Source of the DNA: Candidatus Heimdallarchaeota archaeon
GTDB lineage: Archaea > Asgardarchaeota > Heimdallarchaeia > Heimdallarchaeales > Heimdallarchaeaceae
DNA: 15,811 nucleotides
Direction: 5' to 3'
NCBI GenBank assembly: GCA_030668825.1
Contig: DAOVET010000057.1
Span: 1 to 15,811, forward strand
Shown here: positions 1 through 7,961 of the stretch, in pieces
Layout: each line of letters opens with the position of its first letter
Numbering within the stretch: position 1 is the first letter of the stretch
Notes under the pieces: model-generated
The model's database searches: none
Told to the model about the DNA's origin: nothing
The model's input: only the letters and a program-made list of their open reading frames with translations
Program-made: the position numbers and the translations under genes

Positions 1-702
1 GCTGACAGCCAGGGTGCTATTGGTTATGCCCTGCAACAGAATATCCAAAACGAGCTCAAAAAAAGGGGAATTGATAAACCTGTAGCGACTGTGATCACCC
101 AAGTTCGTGTAGATCCAAATGACCCTGCTTTCCAGACACCTGCTAAACCTATTGGCACATTCATGGAAGTAGAAGAGGCTGAACGAAGGAAAGAAGAATT
201 TGGTTGGAATGTGGTTGAAGATGCTGGTCGTGGTTGGCGTCGAGTGGTTGCTTCCCCACTGCCTGTGGAAATTATGGAATTGGAAGCCATCAAAACGCTA
301 ATCGATTCAGGAACGGTCACAATTACTGTGGGTGGAGGAGGAATACCAGTTATTGAAACAGATCAAGGAGTAAAGGGGACTGCAGCAGTAATTGACAAAG
401 ATTTTGCATCTGCATTCCTAGCAAAAGAAATTAACGCAGATATGCTTTTAATTTCAACCGCTGTTGAAAAAGTTGCCTTGAATTTTGGTAAACCTAATCA
501 AATAGATTTGGATCAGCTTACCGTTGCTGAAGCAAAGAAGTATCTAGAGGAAGGAACTCATTTTGCAAAAGGATCTATGGAACCAAAAATCAAAGCTATT
601 GTTGGATTTTTAGAACAAGGTGGTAAAGAAGCTTTAATCACTAATCCTGAAAACATTGGTAGGGCTTTAAAGAGTGAAACAGGAACCAGGATTGTTCCTT
701 AG
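1..702 (+). CDS. arcC: Carbamate kinase (ArcC/YqeA-like), 5'-truncated by the window edge
   Basis: Frame 1 is open from base 1 (ADSQGAIGYALQQNIQNEL...), upstream of the ORF-track start at 91. Carbamate kinase motifs: TQVRVDPNDPAF, KPIG, EDAGRGWRRVVASP, GGGGIPV, AVIDKD, GSMEPK. Stop TAG at 700-702. Confidence 0.95.
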   Translation, partial: ADSQGAIGYALQQNIQNELKKRGIDKPVATVITQVRVDPNDPAFQTPAKPIGTFMEVEEAERRKEEFGWNVVEDAGRGWRRVVASPLPVEIMELEAIKTLIDSGTVTITVGGGGIPVIETDQGVKGTAAVIDKDFASAFLAKEINADMLLISTAVEKVALNFGKPNQIDLDQLTVAEAKKYLEEGTHFAKGSMEPKIKAIVGFLEQGGKEALITNPENIGRALKSETGTRIVP

Positions 703-727
703 TGCAATATCAATATGTAGCAAGTTA

Positions 728-745
728 CTATAAAAGGAAAAGAAA
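728..745 (-). terminator. Oligo-T terminator candidate downstream of the GNAT gene
   Basis: Minus strand reads TTTCTTTTCCTTTTATAG about 40 nt after the stop at 782, in the convergent intergenic gap. Confidence 0.4.
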
Positions 746-781
746 CTGTGGATAGAGAGATAATCCAATTCTAGACATTGT

Positions 782-1471
782 CTAGCATTTTTCAAGGATA
801 AACCTCAGTTCTGCACAACCATGTTTTCCGTGATAGAGCGGGTGATGTTCACAGAAGTACAAACCTTCCATAAGTTTGGATTCATTCCACGTTGGCAGTA
901 TTGCATTCTCTACCATAGGCATCCACATTAGATGAATTGTGAAGCATCCTCCTTTCTTTTTCCCCTTGTGTTTAACTTTCATTGATTTTAAAGAGTAGAA
1001 TCCTAGCTTCTCCATATCATCCCTTTTCACATACACTCTATGAAAACCCTCACACCCTAGAGTAGCAAATCCAGTTGTTCCTTTCTTATCCTCCTTCATA
1101 TGCTCAATGAGCAATTTTCCAAAGTGATGTCCTGCAGCGCTCTTATGAACCCAAATGCAATTCATCACGATAACATTCTCACCTATAATGGGAAAACTAG
1201 AAGCCTCTACAGGTGCATATTCAATCATACCTACATGGTCACCTTTATAGAATAAAACCTTCTTTCGAAAACCTTTTGGAATCATGGTCTTCAGATATTC
1301 ATAGCGATGCTTATACGTTTTGTGAATGGATTTTCCAATGAATTCTTTATTGGTATGAAATATACACCAATAGAGAAATCGCTCGTACTTGGGATCTTCA
1401 GTAACATCGACTATTTCAACAGAAGATTGGATTGGCATTTCTTTATCTCCCATGAAGTTTATTATCATCAC
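782..1471 (-). CDS. GNAT-family N-acetyltransferase (YoaP-like); start uncertain, with several in-frame Met codons
   Basis: VGMIEYAP, IVMNCIWVHKSAAGHHFGKLLIEHM (acetyl-CoA-binding motif A, GxxxG) and EKLGF are typical of YoaP-like GNATs. The C-terminus is Cys/His-rich. Confidence 0.75.
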   Translation of the reverse strand: MMIINFMGDKEMPIQSSVEIVDVTEDPKYERFLYWCIFHTNKEFIGKSIHKTYKHRYEYLKTMIPKGFRKKVLFYKGDHVGMIEYAPVEASSFPIIGENVIVMNCIWVHKSAAGHHFGKLLIEHMKEDKKGTTGFATLGCEGFHRVYVKRDDMEKLGFYSLKSMKVKHKGKKKGGCFTIHLMWMPMVENAILPTWNESKLMEGLYFCEHHPLYHGKHGCAELRFILEKC

Positions 1472-1477
1472 TCTAAA

Positions 1478-4111
1478 TCATTTTCTTGCTATTGGAAGCT
1501 CGAAACGTGTTTTACCATCGAACTTGTGTAGTGCACCTGCAACGGCTCCAGCTGTAGGAACGAGCCCAATCTCTCCAACACCTTTAGATCCAAAGCCACC
1601 TATGTCCTCTGGTACTTCAATTAGAATAACTTCAACTTCAGGAGTATCTTTAGCTTTAACTATTTGGAGATCCTTCATTAGCAAAGAGTCTGGTACTCCT
1701 CTAGTTGTCGGAAAACTTTCCGAGAGAGTATGTCCAAGACCCATATGAACTCCCCCTTCAAACTGGCCAGCGCATGCCATAGGGTTTATTGCTTTTCCAA
1801 CATCATGTGCTGCTATTATTTTCTTGAGATTACCTTCTTTGTCAAGAAAAGCCATTTGTACTGCATAACTAAAAGCTAAGTGTGTTACAGGATTATCTAT
1901 TTTTGTTCCTGGTTTGACAGTAAAGTCAGTAATGTATTCTCCATGAAATTCTTTACCTGCTAAATCCTTTAATGACTTTGATTGAAGTGCCAGTGCAAGT
2001 TTCTCAGCAGCAAACTTTGCTGCCATTGTATCAAGGGCAGTACCTCTTGATGCCGTAGTCATACCGCATTTTGTTGGTGGATAACTAATGGATTTAACAT
2101 TCATCTGACTTGGAGGAATATCAGTAAGTTCAGTAACAACTTGAGTAATTACTGTAAACAATCCTTGTCCCATTTCTGTAAAACCGGTTAAGATTTCAAG
2201 TTGTTCATTTTCAAGGACTTTAATAAGAACTCTTCCAGTATCTTCAAGTCCATTTCCAATACCGGTGTTTTTTATCCCACAAGCAATTCCTGTTGGAACC
2301 TTTGATTTCTTGTAAACATCTTTTACTACATCAAGACATTTTTGCATTCCGATGACAGTTTTTGTCATCTTTTGTCCAGTTGCAAACCTTTGACCTTCTC
2401 TGAGAATATTCCTTTCTCTTATATCATAATCATCAATATCTGCTCCATCTTCCCTCATTTTTTCAACTATCATATTCAAGCAAGATTCAATTGCAAAAGA
2501 AGTTTGATTAACCCCAAATCCACGCATCGCTCCACAAGGAGGATTGTTAGTGTATACAGATTTTGCATCAACATCTACATGTGGAACATAATAGGGACCA
2601 CAACAATGTCCAGCTGCACGTTCAACAACTTTGGCACCGACTGAAGCATAAGCTCCAGAGTCTGCAATGAGTCTTAATTTAACAGCTGTAAGTTTTCCAT
2701 TTTCATCAGCCCCCACTTCATAATTCATTGTCATAGGATGACGTTTTGGATGCATGAGTAGAGATTGTTCTCGAGTAAGAACAGTTTTAACAGGTTTCTT
2801 TATTAAAAATGAAGCTACAGCTGTTTGAGCTTGGCATGAAAGATCTTCTTTCCCTCCAAAAGCTCCACCATTGGTAACAAGTTCTACGATTACTTCTTCA
2901 TTCTTCAATCCTAATACTTCAGCAATCTGTCGTTGATCTTCATGTACACCTTGTCCTTGACTGTATACATGAACACCATTTTCTGTTGGAACTGAAAGAC
3001 TGCTTTCAACTTCCATGAAAGCATGCTCAATACGTTGTGTTTTGAATTGCTGTTTTATCACATATTTTGAATTATTTAGTGCTTCGTTAACATTCCCTCG
3101 ACCAAAGAATGTATGTCCTAGAAGATTTCCTTTCTCATATAATTTCACAGAATCTTCAGCTAATGCCTTTTCAGGATTATCTATTGGTTCAAGAACCTCA
3201 TATGTAACTTTTATTTTGTCTAGAGCAGCTCTTGCACGAATCATTGAATCAGCAACAACCATAGCTAAAACATCTCCTACGTATTTTGTTGATTCACCTT
3301 CTGCAACAAATATAGGCCAATCAGGGATTATATACCCTATCATCCTTTTACCTGGAACATCTTTTGCAGTAATTACCCTTACAACTCCACAAGCTGATTT
3401 TGCTTGAGAAATATCTATATTTATGACCTTAGCTCGTGGATGTTCACTTAGTAGCAAAGCTCCATGAAGCATATTCTCTACTTCTATATCAGCTATGTAG
3501 GGTTTCTTACCGAGAGCCATATCTACACCACGATAGCGTTGAGTACTGCTACCAACCCCATGCTCTTTTGGTTGAAATTCTCGCTCAAAACCATATTGTT
3601 CTCCAAAAAATTGGTTTCTTCGAGGGGGACCAGAAATATCTTGATTCTTTGTTTGCCAATGTTCTTCAGCTGTTTCCATAGCATCTAAAATACGCTGGTA
3701 CCCAGTACAACGACAAAGATTTCCTGTTATAGCTTTGGCTTTCTGTTCTCTGGTTGATGTTGGGTGTTGATCAAGGAAACTCTTGATTCTTATCAAAAGC
3801 CCAGGAGTGCAAAAACCACACTGAACAGCTCCTTCTTTGACTAAGGATTTTGAAAGGATTTCTTGTTCTACTAAATCTAAACCTTCAACAGTGATAATTT
3901 CTTTTCCCTCAATAGATGCAGGTTTTTGTCTGCAAGAAACCATAGCTTTACCGTTTATTAGAACAGTACAAGCACCACAAAAACCTTGTCCAGAACATCC
4001 GTCTTTACAGCTTTTTATCAAACAGACTTCTCTGAGAACATCAAGAACACTCATACCTTCTTCGTACTCAGCAGTTACTTCTTTTCCATTGAGAGTAAAT
4101 GTAACATTCAT
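1478..4111 (-). CDS. xdh: Xanthine dehydrogenase-family molybdenum hydroxylase with fused 2x[2Fe-2S] and Moco domains and no FAD domain (selenium-dependent XDH / XdhAC-type)
   Basis: N-terminal [2Fe-2S] motifs KDGCSGQGFCGACTV and QCGFCTPG...NLCRCTGY. Moco motifs GGAFGGKED, GAMRGFG, EMGQG, GQFEGGVHMGLG and SKGVGEIG (catalytic Glu). 877 aa length and architecture fit the Se-dependent XDH family. Se dependence itself is inferred. Confidence 0.88.
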   Translation of the reverse strand: MNVTFTLNGKEVTAEYEEGMSVLDVLREVCLIKSCKDGCSGQGFCGACTVLINGKAMVSCRQKPASIEGKEIITVEGLDLVEQEILSKSLVKEGAVQCGFCTPGLLIRIKSFLDQHPTSTREQKAKAITGNLCRCTGYQRILDAMETAEEHWQTKNQDISGPPRRNQFFGEQYGFEREFQPKEHGVGSSTQRYRGVDMALGKKPYIADIEVENMLHGALLLSEHPRAKVINIDISQAKSACGVVRVITAKDVPGKRMIGYIIPDWPIFVAEGESTKYVGDVLAMVVADSMIRARAALDKIKVTYEVLEPIDNPEKALAEDSVKLYEKGNLLGHTFFGRGNVNEALNNSKYVIKQQFKTQRIEHAFMEVESSLSVPTENGVHVYSQGQGVHEDQRQIAEVLGLKNEEVIVELVTNGGAFGGKEDLSCQAQTAVASFLIKKPVKTVLTREQSLLMHPKRHPMTMNYEVGADENGKLTAVKLRLIADSGAYASVGAKVVERAAGHCCGPYYVPHVDVDAKSVYTNNPPCGAMRGFGVNQTSFAIESCLNMIVEKMREDGADIDDYDIRERNILREGQRFATGQKMTKTVIGMQKCLDVVKDVYKKSKVPTGIACGIKNTGIGNGLEDTGRVLIKVLENEQLEILTGFTEMGQGLFTVITQVVTELTDIPPSQMNVKSISYPPTKCGMTTASRGTALDTMAAKFAAEKLALALQSKSLKDLAGKEFHGEYITDFTVKPGTKIDNPVTHLAFSYAVQMAFLDKEGNLKKIIAAHDVGKAINPMACAGQFEGGVHMGLGHTLSESFPTTRGVPDSLLMKDLQIVKAKDTPEVEVILIEVPEDIGGFGSKGVGEIGLVPTAGAVAGALHKFDGKTRFELPIARK

Positions 4112-4722
4112 TCTTTCACCTTAAATGCTTCCCATTCCTCAAGTGTGTTGAGGTTAAGTGTAATATTTTTGTCATTAACAGATATAATCTTTGCTCTCTG
4201 CAATTCTTTTTGTTTGCGAATCTCGAAATCAAGACGTGAATCAGAACTACAAGTCTGAAGATGTTTTCTGAATTCATCAGAGAGTAAAACGGGGTGCCCT
4301 CTTTTATTATTGAACTCTGGAATAGCTACGTTAACATCTGAAGAGCTTAATCCTTCAGCTAATTGTTCCCAAACTTCTTTACTTGGACAGGGAACATCAA
4401 TTGGCAAGATGAATACTCCTGAATGGTATTTATCATTTAATCCGAATAGTCCACTTTGTAACGAAGAAAAAGATCCCCTTTCAGGTTGGGGATTCACTAT
4501 AACAGTTGATTTTTTGAGCTCGGGTATATTTTCCTGATAGATAGTGGTATCTTTTCCCAAAACAACTATAATATTAGTAAAACCAATTTCAAACAAACGC
4601 TCAATTTGATAACTAAGAAAGGGTTTCCCATGGTAATCTAGAAGTCCTTTTGGAATACCCATTCGTTGAGAATCTCCAGCTGCCAGTATAATGATTGGGA
4701 GAGTTCTGAAATCAACCGTCAT
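4108..4722 (-). CDS. mocA: Molybdenum cofactor cytidylyltransferase (MocA/YgfJ-like nucleotidyltransferase)
   Basis: IILAAGDSQRMGIPKGLL, GSFSSLQSGL, PIDVP, RGHPVLL and NLNTLEEW motifs. ATGA stop/start overlap with xdh at 4108-4111, and XDH-family enzymes use the MCD cofactor that MocA makes. Confidence 0.85.
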   Translation of the reverse strand: MTVDFRTLPIIILAAGDSQRMGIPKGLLDYHGKPFLSYQIERLFEIGFTNIIVVLGKDTTIYQENIPELKKSTVIVNPQPERGSFSSLQSGLFGLNDKYHSGVFILPIDVPCPSKEVWEQLAEGLSSSDVNVAIPEFNNKRGHPVLLSDEFRKHLQTCSSDSRLDFEIRKQKELQRAKIISVNDKNITLNLNTLEEWEAFKVKE

Positions 4723-4881
4723 AATTAATAACCTAGCTTAGATTACTATTAATGTCATTCTTAGGTGAGTTTCGCTATAATCTTTCTATAATGACCTAGT
4801 GAGTTTAATTCCAGAAAAATGAATAAAAAGATTGTGGCATCAAAGCGTAGGAGCAGAGAAATACGAAACTTAAATCATGTT

Positions 4882-4908
4882 AAAATTAAAAAAAGGAAAA
4901 GAAGAGGG
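4882..4908 (-). terminator. Oligo-T terminator after the P-type ATPase
   Basis: Minus strand immediately after the stop is a pyrimidine tract with a long T run (plus strand aaaattaaaaaaaggaaaagaagaggg). Confidence 0.55.
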
Positions 4909-7851
4909 TTAAGCTAAATCAGCTGCACCAAATCTTGAAACCATTTTCTTGAAAGTTGTTGATCTGAAAACATATCTCATCATTTCAGCAAATAAGCAGA
5001 AACCTAATGTGAACATCATGATATATGCCCAATCTATCCCTGGTATTGGATAATAGTGCAATTTAAATCCAGTAAATATTGCTTGTGTAGCTGGTAAGAA
5101 CACTGCTCCTACAAGAAGGAACCAGGACAACAATATTGCACCAATTAAATAATTGTTTTTGAATGGCTTAGATCTTATCAATGAGGTTTGGTTGTCATTC
5201 CGAGCGATGAAAACGAACCACAATTCGAATGAGAGCGTGGCAACAAAAGCCATCATCTGTGAATAAGCTACAATATAATGGTTAAGTTGGTCCAAAAAGA
5301 TAAGTTCAGGATTAGCTAAGACATCAGCAGCTGCCCATTCACTAAATAGAATATGGTGAGCGTTGGTTGGATCTCTACCAAGATGTAAATAACCTAAAAG
5401 GAAAATACCTAGAGAACAAGCTAGAGCCACCACACCTGCTACAGAAGCAAAGACGTACATGTCTTTAACAAAAGAAGATTTTTTACCTCTTGGAGGTCTT
5501 TTCATTAAACTAGGATCGTATGGATCAAATGATAAAGCAAGAGCGGGTAAAGCATCGGTTAACAGGTTCAAGAAAAGAATCTGTAAAGGAAGGAAGGGAA
5601 TCTCCTGCCAAATTGAAAAGACAATGAGAACAGCGAAAATCTCATCAAAGTTACAACTGAGTAGGTAACGAATGAATTTTTTCATGTTTTCAAAGATATT
5701 ACGACCTTCTTCAACAGCACTGACAATGGTGTTAAAAGCATCATCTGTGATAACCATGTCAGCAACTTCTTTGGTCACATCAGTACCTGTAATGCCCATG
5801 GCGACACCTATATCACTTTTCTTGATCGCGGGTGCGTCGTTGACTCCGTCACCGGTACACGCTACTATATGGTCTAGTTTTTGCAAAGTTTCTACTACTC
5901 TGTATTTGTCTTTTGGACTCATTCTCGAGTAAACTTTTATTTTCTCTATTTTTCCTTCCAGTTCATCGTCTGGCATTAAAGAAAACTCATCTCCGCTTAC
6001 AACTAGATCTTCCTCAGTTTCCAGAATACCTATTTCCTCCGCTACTGCCATAGCTGTTGCTTTCTGATCCCCAGTTATCATTACTGTTGTAATTCCAGCT
6101 ATCCTACATTCTTCTATTGCATCTTTTACTTCTGGTCTTGCTGGATCAATCATTCCTGTAAGTCCTAGGAAAATCATATCATCTTCTATATCATCGACTT
6201 TTTCTTTGTCATATCCCTTTGGTACTTCTCTGTATGCTACAGCTAGTACTCTCAAGGCTTTTTCAGACATTGCTAGGTTTGCGTCAAGAATCTGTTGTTC
6301 TAGTTCCTTAGTCATCTTTTGATTCTTTCCATCCTTCATTGCAGAATTACATCTTGTAATAACTACTGGTGGGCTTCCTTTCATATAAGCGAACAATTTT
6401 CCATCTTTTTCATGAATAGTTGTCATTCTTTTTCTATCTGAATCAAAGAATATCTCGTGATCTCTTTTGTACAGCTTTTCCTTTGAAAATCCTGCTTTAT
6501 CTCCCAAAACTACCAAAGCTGCTTCTGTTGGATCTCCTTTTATATCGATATGTTCTTCATTTCGCAGAACCCCAGAATTATTACAATGATAGACTGTTTC
6601 AATTAACTGGTTTAGAACTGGTTCTTCTAATGGATCTATTGTTTTCCCATCTTGTGTAAATTCTCCTTCTAATAGATAACCTGATCCTCCAACTATTGTT
6701 TTTCCTTGGAGCGTCCACACTTCTTTAACTGTCATTTCGTTTCTTGTTAATGTACCTGTTTTATCACTGCAAATATAATCTACTGAGCCTAATGTTTCTA
6801 CTGCTGGCAATCTTGAAACAATTGTTTTCCTCTTTGCCATCTTTGATACACCAATTGCCAAAGTAATTACAATCGCTGCTGGTAACCCCTCTGGTACTGC
6901 TGAGATTGCTAGTGCGATTGCTACTTCGAAACTTTCTAGTAGAGGTTCTCCTAGTGCTGAATTTACAATCATAACTATTGCACATATTACTAAAATAATT
7001 ATCCCTAGAACTTTCCCTAGTTTGTCTAAAGCTTGTTGTAGTGGGGTCATTTCTTCTTTTACTTGTGTAAGTTCAACAATTTTACCCATTTCTGTTCTCA
7101 TTCCAGTTTCTACAACCATGGCTTTAGCTCTTCCATATACACTAGTGGTTCCTGAATATATCATGTTCTTTCTATCATGGAGTCTAGCATCTGCGGAAAC
7201 TATTTCCAAGTTTTTAGTTATTGGGTTGCTTTCTCCTGTCAATGGAGCCTCGTCTATTTTGAAACTATTAGCTTCTAATAATCTGCAGTCTGCGGGTATT
7301 TTGTCTCCAACCTCTAGATTAACTAAATCTCCTGGAACAAGATCACTGCTGTGAATAATTTGTTCTTTTCCTCCCCTAATTACAACAACATCTTGCTCAA
7401 AATATTCTTTCAATTTCTCCAATGCTTGATTGGATCTAAAATCTTGAACGAAACCAATAATAGCATTCAAAATAACTATTGTAAATATCGCTATTGCATC
7501 AATTATTTCCGTTCCATGCTCCAACAATGTTGGATTAACAATTTCAGGATCGTTAAGTGCATGGATGTAATTATTGAGTCCGAAGCCTATACTAATAATA
7601 CCTGCCGCAATAAGGAGCAGCACAAGGAAGCTTGTAAATTGCTCAGTGATCATTTTTAGAACTTTGAATTTTTCAGTTATAGTTAGTTTATTATGCCCAT
7701 ACTTCTCTAACCTACCTATAATCTCATCTTCCCTAAGTCCTGTTTCATCGCTTTCTAATTCCTCAAAAACTTTTTTTGTTTCATAACTATGCCAAGGAAT
7801 TATTACAATTTCTTCTTCGGGTGTTTCTGCTTTTTTCTTTTTTTTCAACAT
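4909..7851 (-). CDS. P-type cation-transporting ATPase, type IIA (SERCA-like Ca2+-ATPase)
   Basis: TGES (A domain), PEGL (M4), CSDKTGTLT (phosphorylation site), KGSP, DPAR, MITGD, TGDGVNDAPA, M5 RYLLSCNFDE, M6 NLLTDALP. AGGTG SD-like element at 7857-7861. Confidence 0.95.
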   Translation of the reverse strand: MLKKKKKAETPEEEIVIIPWHSYETKKVFEELESDETGLREDEIIGRLEKYGHNKLTITEKFKVLKMITEQFTSFLVLLLIAAGIISIGFGLNNYIHALNDPEIVNPTLLEHGTEIIDAIAIFTIVILNAIIGFVQDFRSNQALEKLKEYFEQDVVVIRGGKEQIIHSSDLVPGDLVNLEVGDKIPADCRLLEANSFKIDEAPLTGESNPITKNLEIVSADARLHDRKNMIYSGTTSVYGRAKAMVVETGMRTEMGKIVELTQVKEEMTPLQQALDKLGKVLGIIILVICAIVMIVNSALGEPLLESFEVAIALAISAVPEGLPAAIVITLAIGVSKMAKRKTIVSRLPAVETLGSVDYICSDKTGTLTRNEMTVKEVWTLQGKTIVGGSGYLLEGEFTQDGKTIDPLEEPVLNQLIETVYHCNNSGVLRNEEHIDIKGDPTEAALVVLGDKAGFSKEKLYKRDHEIFFDSDRKRMTTIHEKDGKLFAYMKGSPPVVITRCNSAMKDGKNQKMTKELEQQILDANLAMSEKALRVLAVAYREVPKGYDKEKVDDIEDDMIFLGLTGMIDPARPEVKDAIEECRIAGITTVMITGDQKATAMAVAEEIGILETEEDLVVSGDEFSLMPDDELEGKIEKIKVYSRMSPKDKYRVVETLQKLDHIVACTGDGVNDAPAIKKSDIGVAMGITGTDVTKEVADMVITDDAFNTIVSAVEEGRNIFENMKKFIRYLLSCNFDEIFAVLIVFSIWQEIPFLPLQILFLNLLTDALPALALSFDPYDPSLMKRPPRGKKSSFVKDMYVFASVAGVVALACSLGIFLLGYLHLGRDPTNAHHILFSEWAAADVLANPELIFLDQLNHYIVAYSQMMAFVATLSFELWFVFIARNDNQTSLIRSKPFKNNYLIGAILLSWFLLVGAVFLPATQAIFTGFKLHYYPIPGIDWAYIMMFTLGFCLFAEMMRYVFRSTTFKKMVSRFGAADLA

Positions 7852-7862
7852 TTCTACACCTA

Positions 7863-7881
7863 ATTTAGATTGAATCTAAAT
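7863..7881. promoter_or_regulatory. Perfect 9-1-9 palindrome (candidate operator or leader hairpin) upstream of the P-type ATPase
   Basis: ATTTAGATT-G-AATCTAAAT lies between the TATA candidate and the SD. Confidence 0.55.
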
Positions 7882-7910
7882 GTAACTTTACACTTTGACT
7901 TTACTAGTGG

Positions 7911-7924
7911 CTTTAAAAGTTTTA
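7911..7924 (-). promoter_or_regulatory. BRE/TATA promoter candidate for the P-type ATPase
   Basis: Minus strand TAAAACTTTTAAAG, about 60 nt upstream of ATG 7851. Confidence 0.5.
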
Positions 7925-7961
7925 TTCGATGGACATAAGAAAAAAGAAGTTCTTGAGAGAA

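Noticed and set aside
24-320. 98-aa minus-strand ORF
   Set aside because: Antisense shadow of the well-supported carbamate kinase with no recognisable motif.
703-781. Possible SECIS element downstream of xdh/GNAT
   Set aside because: No AUGA...GA core or long stem is visible on the minus strand, only short hairpins.
1307-4537. Multiple 74-130 aa plus-strand ORFs opposite GNAT/xdh/mocA
   Set aside because: They overlap conserved genes on the other strand and have antisense-like composition with no motifs.
4723-4880. Short repeats upstream of mocA (GTGAGTTT twice, CTATAAT twice) as a possible Moco riboswitch or ncRNA
   Set aside because: The repeats are short in AT-rich sequence and I could not build a convincing structure. 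An Rfam search would be needed.
5459-7786. Short ORFs within the P-type ATPase, on both strands
   Set aside because: Shadow or alternative-frame ORFs inside a conserved 980-aa gene.
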